Origin: Dimorphilus gyrociliatus
Lineage: Eukaryota > Animalia > Annelida
Length of the DNA: 64,000 nt
NCBI GenBank assembly: GCA_904063045.1
Contig: CAJFCJ010000003.1
Span: 1,612,001 to 1,676,000, forward strand
Direction of reading: 5' to 3'
Numbering within the stretch: position 1 is the first letter of the stretch; each line of letters opens with the position of its first letter. Of this stretch, positions 14,233-27,334 are shown one piece after another. The notes below the pieces were generated by a model, which had not been told where the DNA came from, ran no database searches, and saw nothing but the letters and a program-made list of their open reading frames with translations. The position numbers and the translations under genes were made by a program.

Positions 14233-14781
14233 ATGGAAGGAATTCCTCGAATGAAATTTTCGATCGATTCAATTTTAGATTTGAATTATGATGAAGGTTT
14301 AAGTAGCGAAGAAGAAAAACTAGATACACAGCAGGCTGAAAAGATTAAAAGGCAAAGAACAACCTTTTCCACAGGTCAGCTTCAGGATTTGGAAAGAGCA
14401 TTCAGGAAAACTCATTACCCTGATGTTTTCATGAGAGAAAAACTGGCCACTCATTTGTGTTTACCCGAATCTCGAATACAAGTTTGGTTTCAGAATAGAA
14501 GAGCTAAATGGCGTAAGAAAGAAAAGAGTTTACTTGGTGGGCAACAACTTTATAACTCTTTATCTAATAATCAATGGACAAACCAACAGCATAATGGACT
14601 ACAAGCATATCAGCAATTATTTAGAACTCCATTCCTATCTTTGCCTTCTGCCTTCTCTCCATTAAGGGCACTCCAAATTTTTACCCCATTTACAAAAGAA
14701 AACTACGAAATACCAACGAACATAGAACTGAAGGCTCGAGAACGTGTTGATGCACTTGCTTTAATGCATATTCGAAGTTAA
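14233..14781 (+). CDS. PRD-class Q50 homeodomain protein, aristaless/Arx-like, single exon
   Basis: Homeodomain [60 protein letters not shown]; N-terminal eh1/octapeptide FSIDSIL; degenerate OAR-like IELKARE near the C-terminus. Exact orthology (Arx, homeobrain, Alx, Drgx) is not resolved. Confidence 0.92.
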   Translation: MEGIPRMKFSIDSILDLNYDEGLSSEEEKLDTQQAEKIKRQRTTFSTGQLQDLERAFRKTHYPDVFMREKLATHLCLPESRIQVWFQNRRAKWRKKEKSLLGGQQLYNSLSNNQWTNQQHNGLQAYQQLFRTPFLSLPSAFSPLRALQIFTPFTKENYEIPTNIELKARERVDALALMHIRS

Positions 14782-16270
14782 TTTCAGTATGGACTTATAA
14801 ATAAAAACCATATCAAATATACATGATCTGCAACCTCATCACTTATTATTCTTTATAATTCAAATTTTCTTCAAAATCGTAATCTTTTATAAACATGAGA
14901 GTAGTTATTGCTTTGCATTATTTATTCTTAAGACACGAGTGATGGATTTATTGTCTTTGACCTGTTATAATTTAATGCTTAGATATTCCGAAAAAATAGC
15001 TAAAAAGTCCACTTTTCCCTTGGGCAGTTATGTTGTTTTTCACTAAATCGAAAAATATTAATATTTTAGCTATTAATATTAATAGAATTATTATATATCT
15101 TATATGAAAATGTATGCATCTCAATAAAAGTATACTTGTACTGTATATGAGCACAAAATGTTCGAAAAACTGTGTTTGCACTATATACATTTTATCAAAT
15201 CAATAAATTATAATAACAGGAAGCTAAAAATATTAACCAACGCACCTTTTGCCTAGTTTAATTGCTAAATATCTCAGAAAATATAATACAATTAAATAAC
15301 TTTATAAGACAAACCATAAATTATCATTGTAGAGCTTTCTTAAAAATATGTTAAAAATTATTTTATAACATTCAGTCAGCTGTTCAATTAGTAAATCACA
15401 GTAATCACATATTTTTTTATATGTTTACTCAATTACATTGCTTTCACATATCGATACAAGAAGAAATGTATATTGCCAAATTCGCTAAATAACGTTTCAA
15501 GAACAGTGAAAGACATACATTTCTAGAAACCAGCTTTTTTCCCGTTAGCCGAACTCATTTATAAATGTCGTTATTAGATTAGCGCACTTTCTTTGGTTAA
15601 ATGACATTTCTACGAATTATGCAAAGTAAGGTAAAATTAAGACAGTTTAATTGTTGGTTTTGACTTTTAATGAGTTACTCTTTAGGAATATCTAATATCA
15701 AAGAAATTAATACTTAATCCTTGTCTTTCTGGCAGTAAACTGCAAAAATTACTAAGCTACAGGCTTCTAATGGTTTAGGCTTACTACGGCGAAGTCAACC
15801 TAATACTGTCTATGATTTTTTTTATTAGCATTGTTTCTAAAATATTTATCTTTCTTTTCGATCGTGTTCTAATTGTACAACTTTTCGGAAAAATTGCCTT
15901 TAAAGTTAAATGCTTCCCATCATATTAAGCAATAGCTGCGTATTGCAAATCTTGTTAATCGAGTTGTTTGAAAATTATAGAATGGTAAATATTATTGTCG
16001 TTTTTCATTCTAAAATGTCAAGAATTTTTTTTCCTGCCGTTTTAGTCACTAACTATCACTGAGTATAGCATATGAATTTAAGTATTCGTATATTTTCTGA
16101 AAAAATACTAATTCTTCTAAAATGAGCAAATTTTGTAGGATCTTCAGCATGTTAATCTTAATATGTCGCGTGTTAAATTATGCAATGCTTAAAAACTTTC
16201 TACGAAATTAGTAATTATAAAGAAATTTTATCTTTAATTATTCAATAATTTAAATTTTATCAATATATGT

Positions 16271-19200
16271 CTATCTTCTCACGAAACCAGATAAAGGAGG
16301 AGCAGAAACTGATAAATTTCCAGTCGTTGTTAGAGGAGCACCTGGTGTCACAAATTGGCTTCCTGTATTAGTAGGTGCGGTTAGCATTACAGGAGCCTGC
16401 TCAGCTAAACTTTGATAAGGCGATGAGAATAGTTGAAATGAAGACCTTGATCCTGGTTTGATAGGAGCGATGCCAAACGATGAATAAATTTCTTTCAGAA
16501 AAAGTAGGATTGTATCTTCCGAATCCCTGAAGAACATTCAATTTAGAGATACATAGGAAACTAGAATTACGAGCAAATATCACACTCACCAATAACACAA
16601 ATGACTCCCTAATGCAAATATATATTCATTAAAGCTCTCTAGAGGAGCCTCTTGAAGAACATAGTCGATTCGTCTGCCTTGGTTCAGCTGCCCCTCCAAT
16701 ATGTCTTCTTCAACAACAGTTGATGCTATTGCTAAAGGCAATCCTTAAAGTATTTGTATCTATACAATGAAAAGATACTAACAAGCTGTATCTGTTTCGT
16801 CTGGTACATTTAAAGATGAAAGTACTGAATCAACTTCCTTTTCCACCTCAGCTGAGGATCTATGAGACCTTGCAAACTCTGCTAAGGTGTTCCAAGTCTT
16901 TCGAACTGACGTAAGGATTTGCTGTTTGATATCAGACCCCATCCTCATCATCGATTCTTTTAATTCTACAAAAAACTTAATTCACACAAGGAGACAAAAT
17001 CTGTTTGCATTAGTTACCTAAATGTAACCTTTTTCTTCCTTTGTGATGAGGCATAAGGACAGGTTTAGGGGGAGGTGATGAAGTAACAAGAGGCTCCAAT
17101 CTATATGCTACCGGATCAAACTAGACAGAAAAGTTACATTAAATCAATGAAGGAAAGTAGTCTTACTGGATGGAAAATATTAAAGTAGCCAACGCATGTA
17201 GGTAATTGAAATGATTCTCCCAAGTTACAAATTCCTCTAACGGTTAACAACATCGCTACTGGACTACCTAAAGCAAACATGTTGACTACTGAGAAAGATA
17301 ATTGGCTATATTCAACATGGGGTGTTCCAATTCCCCTTAAAGTCATATCATATTCTATTAGAGATGCATTTTTCTCCAGTTTTGCGCTGTCAAAATGAAG
17401 TTTTGCATTTAAGGAAGAAACAAGTATTTTTTATACATTAAACATACCCAGAAGAGAAGGGTGTCGATTCACGACTATTTAGATTTATCTGTTCATGAGC
17501 AGTTTTCGAATCATTTTGTCTTTTTGCTAAACCTTTCAGATAAGCTAAAATCTTCTTACGAGGTCCCATCGGTAGACCTAAGTCTTTAATATCAGATTCG
17601 TCACACATTTGCTGCAATAGAAAACAATAAGCTCTTAAAGTGATTTGCATTAAAACTGATTTACCAAGGCTTCGAGATCTATATGTTCTCTTTCAAAAAC
17701 TCCTTTATAATCGTTTAGTGATAGTTTCTCTAAAACTGTAGTTATATTTTCATTTTTAGGATCATCAATTGTCTGAAAAGATTTTATACTAATTGTTAAA
17801 TAATTTTATTAGAATAAACGAGTTCACCTACTAGACTAGAAGGTGTTGACGATCTAGAGAGGCCACTATCATTAAATGCTTGACCTACTGCTAAATCTTG
17901 AACAGGAGGAACTGAATTAGTTGGTTCTTTGCTATTTAGTGATTTTTGATGAGATAGCAAGTCGAATAAAATCAAAGAACCCAAGCTATGACCAGAAACA
18001 GACACATCACCATTAAAATCAGAATTTCTTTGTAAAAACAAGTCATAAACACGATTCATTTCCTTGGCAACAATATCAGAAATTTTCTGTAAATGAAAAC
18101 TATTACCAAAGATGATCGCATTAATCTAAAAAGTATACTTGACAATATTTAGGACTTGAGTAAAACAAAATATCCAACAGCGTATCGTTTGTAAAAGCTC
18201 TTAACTTTGTTATACTTTTCAATGTAATTGACTTCAACTGTCTAATAAAATCAAATATAATAATGATACTCTAGTTTTGGCAAATGTATACTCGTCTATG
18301 ACATTCGCATCATTATGAAGAGCAGCATGCCAATTAATTGGTAGAAACTCAACTCGTCCTATCCGGCCTTCTCTAACGTAGTGTCCAAAGTGAGACTGTA
18401 TCAATTTTTCACTTATTTCCCTCATATCATTTACTAAAAAGTAAAATCTTAGTTGCTGATTGAAATCAGAAATTATTAATATACCGCATTCTACAAGGTT
18501 GCGAAATCTAAGATCGCATGTTGAACCTATACCATGGACGACAAACACTAGATGATCCACCTGAGGGCTTTCTCCTTCCTCAATGCCATCCATATCAGTT
18601 ACCCCTCTTTTGACAATCCTTGGCCTGGAATCATTGCCTACGTTTCCCCATTCATCAATTGCATCAGTTGCTTTGAATTGCACTATTGCTGTTGGAGAGT
18701 GAAAAACGACAACGTGACCGTCGGATAATTCAACTTTTCGATGCCATTGACCACTAACTAAAGTATTTTTGTATTCTTCCTGTATATATATATATATACA
18801 TATATATTTGTATAAACATAACAGAAAATATTGCAAAAAAGTTACAACAAATTACCTCTAATTTTCTGGCATCATTTTCAATATATGGCATAAACTTTGA
18901 ATCACCTTCTGGCTTGTAAAACCAAGAGCATCTTCGCACGTCCGATGGATCTTCATCCCAGTATATGGGATATCGTAATCTCGTTCTGATATCCACATCA
19001 TATCTACCACCATTCGTTGGAATATGCTCTTCTGCAGTATCTTTCGGAACAAACATTTCCAAATGAAACATTGACTGAAACTACAATAAATAAAACAGAC
19101 TATACTTACTGCTACGAAAAGAATCCTCCAGTCTGACTGAATCTATAACTGAGAAGGGCTTCCAAACTGTGCGTGTTTCAATTGTAAGGCTATAAAACCA

Positions 19201-20013
19201 GTGATGATTAACAGGTTCATATACAGGACCGATCGGAAGATTAGATACAGGCGGTGCTATACCTTAGAAAATGACTTTAGAGACGTTTAAATATGTGTAC
19301 AGTAAACAACTCACTTGATGGAGGGGGTAGAGACGGAGAATCATAACTGCTACCTTGTAAAGGATTAACAGGCTGAGAAGCAAAAGAGCTAGGAGGCGGT
19401 TGCTGAAAAGTGTTTTGTGAATATGGCTGACGTGTCGCTTTTTGCATACGGTAGATATTTTGATCTGTAAAAGATGCTATCAGCGATTACAAAAAAAAAC
19501 AAAAAGTTTAAAATTCACCATTGGTTATGGTTGGTAGTGGCGCAGGAGGAGCCATTGCTATTGGAACCGAAGTCAAAGATGGTTGATTGGGATATGAGGA
19601 AGGCCCCTGAATATTTTTGTTTACTCCTTCCTGATCTGAGAGGGGTTTTTTCGAAATATTATCGAATATATCCCCATCTGATGAAGTTAAAGCTGGAAAT
19701 AAATTTTGCGATAGAGTTGTTCCACTATTAAGTGATGCATTTTGGCCAATAAAACTATCAGCTTCTACGTCTTCAGCTGTTAGGAATAAAGAATTCCTCA
19801 TAGAGCAAAGTTTTGCAGACGAAATTTTGCATCTTTCAAAACTTTCTTTTGTTTCTTTGATAACAAACCTGTTTCAACCAGGCTTTCTGCTTGTTGGGGA
19901 ACAACAGGCATGAATAAATTAGATCCCAGCGCAGGATTTAAATTTAAACCATCGGAAGTGCCCATAAGAAGAAGAGGTGCAGTAGAAGCTGTTGTTTTCT
20001 TCTTTTCCGCCAT
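16271..20013 (-). CDS. SEC23IP: SEC23-interacting protein / DDHD-family phospholipase A1 (WWE-like, lipase, SAM, DDHD), multi-exon
   Basis: Pro-rich N-terminus; [18 protein letters not shown]...VRRCSWFY; [10 protein letters not shown]; [10 protein letters not shown]; lipase GHSLGS; [16 protein letters not shown]; FALGSP; NIFHP|DPVAYRLEP; RRIDYVLQE; stop at 16271. Confidence 0.93.
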
Positions 20014-20257
20014 TTTGAAACGTGTTTAATTTCCTCTTCCTCAAAAATCGTATTTTCGTATGTAATTCATTTATAGACCAACTCTATAAAAATTGACAAT
20101 ACATATGCATATCTGTATATTTTTAGAAATATATATAATATGTACTCATATTTTTATTGAAGGCCGAAGTGGAGGCAATATTTGGCGCCGTTTTCATCTT
20201 CATATCAATTTCCTTAACCTCTTGCTATTTATTTACTAAACAGTCAAAAACTTAAAT
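20014..20257. promoter_or_regulatory. Putative bidirectional promoter of SEC23IP and MCMBP
   Basis: 244 nt between divergent ATGs at 20013 (-) and 20258 (+). Confidence 0.7.
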
Positions 20258-21591
20258 ATGACTGATCTAGAGAAATATATAGTTGATCCTCTATCATATA
20301 TTAGTAATTTAGCAGGTAAATTCTTCGATTAGTTGATTTTATAACTATTTTTCGCACAATTCTTTCATTTCGTAGCAGAAAGAAAGAATGTTTCACAAAT
20401 ATGTGACATTTTTCGGGAAAAGATTCAAAAAGGACTGTCCGAAATGGTATGATTTTCAATTCTTATTGTTTTAAGATTTTAAAGTAATCTTTTATTTCTT
20501 AGATACCCAGTTTAAACGAAACGAGTCAGGATTCACTGAAGGCTAATAGCTTAATTAAATATCGGGGAATGGTTCAAGATATGTTTGGGGAAGAGCTATT
20601 TCCTGAATACTTCAATGTAGTAGATTCTTCTAACACAATGAAGATGAAAACTGGACTTCTTCAAGATATTTATCAATTTAAAGTTTGAAATTAATATCTG
20701 ATTGATGAATATATAAATAAAATAATAATATATAATATAATATTTTAGGATGGCGAAAGGGCCGATTTCGATACTGCTCAGATGGCTGAAAGACAGTGTT
20801 ATTACTTTGTACCAATACCGACAGAGAATTCTTGGATCAAAGACGTATGTAGCTATGAATTTTAAAAATGTGATCTTAACTTATATAATTTGCTTCAGTA
20901 TTATAAAAGTAAAAGATTGCTGGAACAACCTTCTTCTTCCAATTACGATAATCGTAATAAACGAAATCTGGAAAGTGATGATGAAGATTCGAATGGCTTT
21001 GAACAACTAAGTCAACTCAGTGGAGACGAAAATCAATTCATGGATATTGGAGAAGTAACTGAAAGTTCGAAAAAAATGAAAACTCCAAAAGAAGAAGGTA
21101 TTATGTTTAATGCTTATTTATCAACGAAACAAATATGTCGTTATCTCAGATAAGAAGAGCCAAATCCCTTTCAACTTAAATTTTCCAATTGATACGGAGA
21201 AAGAAACTCCATGTATAGGAGTGGCTTATGAAAATTATGATGACATAAAATTAAATACAGTATATGAAATTTATGGAATATTATCTAATCATCCCGCATT
21301 GGCAGCAAACACATTAAATGAGTAAGAAATGTAATTGATTATATTAATAGTAGTAATGAAACACTATAATAGAAATGGATCAGCAAGCGGTTTTGAAACG
21401 GATGAAATGTATGCTAAATCACCACCGCCATCTCTTGTACCAAGGTTTTACTAAATTTTAATAATTTCCTTCATAAATAACGTTGATTTTCAAATGACAG
21501 GATTCACATAGTCCTTATTCGAAAATTAGAAAACATTGATCCTTCTTATCAATTAAGTAATATTAACATACAAATATGTCTTGATATATAC

Positions 21592-21634
<43 letters not shown>

Positions 21635-22944
21635 TTATATGTTCTTATTTATTTTAGTTTTAAAAGAATCGAGACTGAACGATATTTCTTTAAAGTTACG
21701 AGACTACCTTCAACAGGTTCTCCTAGGTGATAGAATAGCAGCAGATTATCTATTCTGCTACTTGATGTCAAGAGTGTAAGTTTTATAAAGTTAAATATGA
21801 TCGCTACAGATTATAGAAACTACCTAAGTAACTATTCTCTTTTTGTTATTTACAAATGTTTTACAGATATGCCCGTAAAGATTCCAGGGCGATTGGAAAA
21901 TTCAGCCTCAATCTCACTAATTTGAATATTCAAAGTCAACACACTAAATATATTTATACCGCTCTAGAGAGAATTCTTCCTCTGGTACGAGAAATTTAAC
22001 TTAGTTTCTACCATTATTAATAGAGGTTTCAAACTTTCAGTCCCTATATTGCCCTTTATCTTTGGAGAACATGAATAAGAGGAGGATGACTCCATACAAA
22101 GACTATAAATCAAATAGATTAATGTCAGGAAGCTTACAGCTACCTGATGGAACTCGACTAATTTTGGATGAAACTGCCCTGCAACCTGGTCAATTAGACA
22201 CTATTGGAGTACAAAATACTAGATCTCTAAATGATGTTGTTTGTTGGCAAAAATTAGAATATGACTTTACTTATCACAAGCAAGAATTTTTTACTGACTT
22301 TCCTGTTCTTGTTTTCTCAGAGGGAAAGTCTGTTTTCCAGGTATAGTAACAATATTGTTTGAAAAAAAAGTAAATAAGAAAATATTATTTTTTTTAGTGC
22401 GACTGCAGACTACCTTTAAAGACAATCATAAATCCAGATAATTTAGAAAGTTATTATTTACAAATGATGGCAACCCAGGAATCCAACTTTCAAGACTTTC
22501 GTAACTTTATATCAATGATGAGTTTCAGAGATTACACATTTCCTGATGACTTGAAACAGGTTAAATAATTTTAAGTGTAACTTGTGTTGAAGTACAAGTT
22601 TATTAAATTTGTTTTTTTTTTAATTTTAAATTATTTTAATTAAACTAAACTTTCGAAATAAGACTTTTCTATCATCTGTAATTTTTCTTTGTACTGATAT
22701 TTCAGGAAGTTGAACAATACTTTGTTGACATGAGAAAACAAGACAACAAAATGACAGCCGATGCTTTCTTAAACCTCTTGTTGTTTGCAAGGTGAAATGC
22801 GAAAATTCTTTATAGTATCACAGAAACATGTTATTTTCTTTCAGACTTCTTACTCTGAGTAGAAGTGAAACGACACTCACAGCTGATATCTGGAGTTGTG
22901 CTAAAGCTCTAGAGCAAGAACGCCAAAGGAGAATAGAGGCTTGA
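20258..22944 (+). CDS. MCMBP: Mini-chromosome maintenance complex-binding protein, multi-exon
   Basis: MTDLEKYIVDPLSYIS; LIKYRGMVQDMF; SLVPR|IH; LLGDRIAADYLFCYLMSR|YARKD; MTPYKDYKSNRLMSGSLQLPDGTRLILDETALQPGQL; ends EQERQRRIEA* (TGA 22942-22944). Confidence 0.93.
21595..21630. repeat. (AT)18 microsatellite in an MCMBP intron
   Basis: Perfect AT dinucleotide run. A shorter interrupted run lies at ~18783-18807 in a SEC23IP intron. Confidence 0.95.
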
Positions 22945-24105
22945 AAATTTCTTATAAGCAATACATAAAGTTCATTGCTTATTATTGAATTGCGCAACAG
23001 TTTCAGTCAAACCGGATGTAGAACCTTACTAGGCTGTTTTCAATTGCGATGTATAGTTAGTCTAAACTGATCGCTTAAAGAGGTCATACTGAAAAAGTTA
23101 CATGATATAGCCCGGTTTCTAATATAAATAAAATTATTCAACTCTAAAAAATTCTGATATATTTGCAATAGATCGTCTATTTTACGGTTACCTTATTTTG
23201 TGAGTATTTTCGTTAGTTTCCTTAAAGCCGTTGCACTTAGGGCAATCAGTAGGACGCACTTTGTTGTAGGAAATGCAACTTTATTTTTCATAAAGGGACT
23301 TAAGAGGTTGTTTAAATAATAAAAATAGTCGTTTTTCACGAAAGCTTCATTGTGTTTGTTATGTCAAAGTCAATAAACAAACTTTGACCTAAAAACGGGC
23401 AAAGATTAAGCTGACCTGCAACGAGATTGCCAATATAGATCGGCATATTATTTAAATATAAAATATTTTTCAATGAAAATGTTATAACTTCTACGTAAAA
23501 TGTAAACTTTGCGTCGTTTGATGTGGGAAAATAGATTAAAGTAGCAGCTGGTGTAATCTCTTAAAATTGTATAAAGTGAATTCAATTCTATGAGAAATAC
23601 TGAAAAAGGGCAGTAAAATAAAAAAAAAACATAAAATAAGTTAAAAAAAATTAGTCATTGGTAATTTTTTGTAATCTTAAATTTTGTACTACATAAAAAC
23701 AACAGGTCAAGTGGTTAGAAGAAATACTATCAAGAAATTTAATACTGAGTACTTTAAATTTGAAAGTTATCCTCCTTTACCTACTTTTTCCTTAAGAGCA
23801 ATGTTGTTTTTTTAAGCAAACTGAATTTTCTACTATCTTCTTTCTATTAAAATTGAAACTGAGGAGGTATATCAACATATGCTTCAATTGTAACACCGGA
23901 ACCTGCATATGCAAAATTGTATAATGGTTTTTTCCATACTATTAATTAGGCGCATTTGATTCAACAGATGTAAAACGAATTCAGTTAAAACGCAAGAATT
24001 TAGTAAATTGTAAATAGTTGAACACACGCTGGTTGATTCACAATAAAGAACGGATATGTTATGTGAGTGAAATCAAGATAATACGAAAAACCGCATTTCT
24101 TGAGA

Positions 24106-25262
24106 ATGAAAATTTTTGATTCTTTAGCTCAACCTTGGTTTGGCCTTGATATTGGGGGAACCCTAACGAAATTGATATACTTTGAACCTTTAGAACCCAG
24201 CGATGCAGAAACTCCAACAGCGAAAACCCTCCGCCATTATCTAACATCCCAGACTGCATATGGTAAAACTGGAATAAGAGATGATCACCTTCAACTGGAT
24301 GGTGTTGAAATAGATGGACATATGGGAAACCTTCACTTTATCCGATTTCCAACATCTCAAATGAATGCTTTTATCGAGCTCGCAAAATCCAAAAACTTTT
24401 CTTCATTAGCAACTACCGTTTGCGCTACTGGAGGTGGAGCTTACAAATTTGAAATGGATATTTATACCAAACTATCATTAGAACTTTTCAAGGTAGACGA
24501 ACTAGCATGTTTGATGAGTGGCATTCACTATATTGAACGAATAAACTCCCAATCAGAATGCTACTATTTTCAACAGCCTCTTGATGATGCTGTTAGAGAA
24601 GTTCCTTATGACTTTACTGATCCATATCCATATTTAACTGTAAATATTGGTTCTGGCGTCTCCATACTTTTGGTTAGATCGGAAACAGAATATTCCAGAA
24701 TATCGGGTACAAGTTTAGGAGGTGGGACATTTCTTGGCCTATGTTGCCTCTTAACTGATTGTGAAAGTTTTGAAGAGGCCATAAGCTTGGCAGAAAAGGG
24801 GAGTAATGACAATGTAGATAAATTGGTAGGAGATATATATGGAGGCAGCTACGACAGATTTTCTCTTCCAGCTCATGCTGTAGCTTCTTCTTTTGGCCAT
24901 ATGATGCATGAGGAAAAGAGAGAAGCCGTTTCGAAAGCAGATTTAGCTAGAACAACTCTAGCTACCATTACAAATAATATCGGTTCAATAGCACTTTTAT
25001 GCGCTCAGGCTCATAAAGTAGAAAGGGTTGTTTTCGTTGGAAACTTTCTTCGAGTAAATTCTCTCTCTATGAAAATGTTGGCCTATGCTATGGACTTTTG
25101 GTCAAAGGGTCAATTGAAAGCACTTTTCCTTCGGCATGAGGTTAACTAATTTTATATTTTATAACTTTTAAACAAACAAAATTTTTAAATCAATTATAGG
25201 GTTATTTTGGCGCTGTTGGAAGTCTTCTTCGACTTGTTGAATTAAGAAACTTCAATAGTTAA
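24106..25262 (+). CDS. PANK: Type II pantothenate kinase (PANK1/2/3-like); 2 exons
   Basis: [60 protein letters not shown]. Intron 25141-25199 joins FLRHE|[20 protein letters not shown]. Confidence 0.96.
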
Positions 25263-25423
25263 ATAAAAGTAACATTCCATATATTTTTTTATTGTTTAAT
25301 ATTATTGTTATTCGATGATTGCATTACTATTTAGGAAATTTGTTGACTTTGTCAAAGATTTTTCTTTGTTTACTAAAAATTTGCCCACTGCAATAAATTT
25401 TGCTTTTTCATACTTGCTATGGA

Positions 25424-25435
25424 CAATAGATGGCG
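25424..25435. promoter_or_regulatory. CTCF-like motif (partial)
   Basis: CAATAGATGGCG between the convergent PANK and PPP1R3 3' ends. Confidence 0.3.
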
Positions 25436-26238
25436 TATATATATACTATAAATTCTGAAAAAAGCATTTACGTATTAGGCCATTAACACGTGCCAAAATC
25501 CTTTTATAACGCTTTTGATTCATTATAATAATACGCAGTTGTATATTGACAAAAAATTGGCAGAAAATTCGAGTTCAATATATATGGTTTCTTGAATAAT
25601 TTGAAAAGAGTGTGTTTTGATCGGTCTATGAATAAACTGTATATATGCATATATTTATAGCCATGCACAAAAGTATGTTAGAAGGAAATCGATTTTTTAT
25701 CATTTATTATTTATTCCTTTCCTGTTAGTGACATTCATTTTTGCATAATTTTCACTAACCTAGGTGTATTTCATCAGACAGAAGAATAGAGGTTCTATAT
25801 CAATATTTCTAAAGTATGAAGAGGTATTCCTCAGGTAACACGTGATGTGCATGCACAAAATCATACGTGTATCTTTATCCCACTTTAGCCTTTGTCGAAA
25901 ACGAGAATATAAGTTTATTACAAAAATATAAGTCAACGGACTAGTTAACATGAAAACTGTAAGGGAAAATTCCGTACACAAGGTTTGTAAGGGTGCAAAA
26001 ACTTTAAGCGTTTATAAACAAGTAAACGATAACACGGCAAACATTTGATTGTAAACTGATTTCTAAAAACGGTCCTTCTAAACGTATATTTACAAAGTGT
26101 TTGTTTCAAGTACATAACTCACTTCACCGCACATAAACAGTTCTGCAGGATAAAATACAAGGAAACACTTTGCTGTCAACTTCTCTAACTCTATAAAACT
26201 ATTTTTATCAAGGTTTGCTCATAAGAGAAACAATAATT

Positions 26239-27156
26239 TCACCAATATGGTACATCTAGATATTCACGCCCTTTCCAGGCTGAATATTCAGACCAGTGGT
26301 CTTGAGCGAAGAGTCTATGATTAAATTCAGTAGACCGAGAAGTTTCGTCCCAATCTGCTGCAGAAGAAACTTCATAGTTTCTTCCAGAGTTGTTATCCCA
26401 ATATTGTTGACTATTAGCCTCGAAGCACACGCAAAACGAAGCTGATGCAATTCTGGGCCGATCTGGGACTTGAAACTCAAAAGCAAAAGTGTCGTAATTG
26501 CTAGAAGAACACGTTGATTCGACATACAGGGCTGCTATATCCTCCGAGGTCTTCCACTTATCAAAAGTCACTCTAATTGTGACCCTCTTCTCATAAGCAA
26601 TATTCTTAACTTTAATCGTACCTGCGACCTTCAGACCTTTGAGTAAAACATTTTCCAAGCTTACATAATCTTTCAAGAGTCGTTCATGAAATGTTACATA
26701 CTGAGCAGCCGGTTGCTCGAAATTAAGCTTTAACTGAGGACCTTGACTATTATCTTCATAATAGTGGTGAATTGACTTTAAATAAGTCGCTGGAGTTTTG
26801 ATCGGAGTATCTCCCAAAACCTTCACAGTTACTAAGGCTTTTCCAAGCTGATCAGCAAAAGAGACGTTCTTCCTCGGCTTTGGAGAGTTAGGTGTTCTGA
26901 GGCCAGATTTTGTAGGTGTTGAAGTGGAACTACCACCACAAGAAACGTTCGAATCAGATCTTGATCTTGGTATACGCCAAGCATCACAAGTGAATTCTTG
27001 AAAAATTTCATCGGGATTACTAGTTGGTTTGTTACAGAGTAGGTTAGATGCTCCTCTGACAGGAAATAATTCAAAAGTGGGCGGAGAGCTGGCAAGAAGA
27101 TAGGAACTATATTCGAATGGCGTTCCCGTTAGAGGCATGCTCTGCACACTTAGCAT
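26239..27156 (-). CDS. PPP1R3: Protein phosphatase 1 glycogen-targeting regulatory subunit 3 (PPP1R3B/C/D-like, CBM21), single coding exon
   Basis: RVxF motif KNVSFADQLG; glycogen-binding GTIKVKNIAYEKRV; substrate-binding YWDNNSGRNY. Confidence 0.95.
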   Translation of the reverse strand: MLSVQSMPLTGTPFEYSSYLLASSPPTFELFPVRGASNLLCNKPTSNPDEIFQEFTCDAWRIPRSRSDSNVSCGGSSTSTPTKSGLRTPNSPKPRKNVSFADQLGKALVTVKVLGDTPIKTPATYLKSIHHYYEDNSQGPQLKLNFEQPAAQYVTFHERLLKDYVSLENVLLKGLKVAGTIKVKNIAYEKRVTIRVTFDKWKTSEDIAALYVESTCSSSNYDTFAFEFQVPDRPRIASASFCVCFEANSQQYWDNNSGRNYEVSSAADWDETSRSTEFNHRLFAQDHWSEYSAWKGREYLDVPYW

Positions 27157-27171
27157 GCTCTTATCCGTTAA

Positions 27172-27225
27172 CTAATTTGTAATCGGTAAAAGAGATTGAG
27201 CAGCCCGCTTCGGCGAATTCGACAT
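27172..27225 (-). other. Candidate upstream ORF (17 aa) ending 15 nt before the PPP1R3 ATG
   Basis: ATG TCG AAT TCG CCG AAG CGG GCT...ACA AAT TAG = MSNSPKRAAQSLLPITN*. It lies between the promoter motifs and the main ATG; the transcription start is unknown. Confidence 0.4.
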
Positions 27226-27268
27226 ATGTCCCAGCTGAAGGACGAATTCATTAATATTTACCGTGGAT

Positions 27269-27334
27269 CACGTATCACGTGACGTCTAACCTCTCAACCA
27301 ATCAGCGAAGAGAGGAGATACCAGATGACGTCAT
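27269..27334 (-). promoter_or_regulatory. PPP1R3 proximal promoter cluster: HRE/E-box, CRE, CCAAT
   Basis: CACGTA 27269-27274 (TACGTG on -), CACGTG 27276-27281 overlapping TGACGTCT, CCAAT 27298-27302, and the perfect palindrome ATGACGTCAT 27325-27334. Confidence 0.6.

Noticed and set aside
23050-23950. Coding-like minus-strand fragments between MCMBP and PANK (WKKPLYNFAYAGSGVTIEAYVDIPP; ITPAATLIYFPTSNDAKFTFYVE; RPTDCPKCNGF)
   Set aside because: Could not be joined into an open spliced frame and no family was recognised; possibly a decayed gene.
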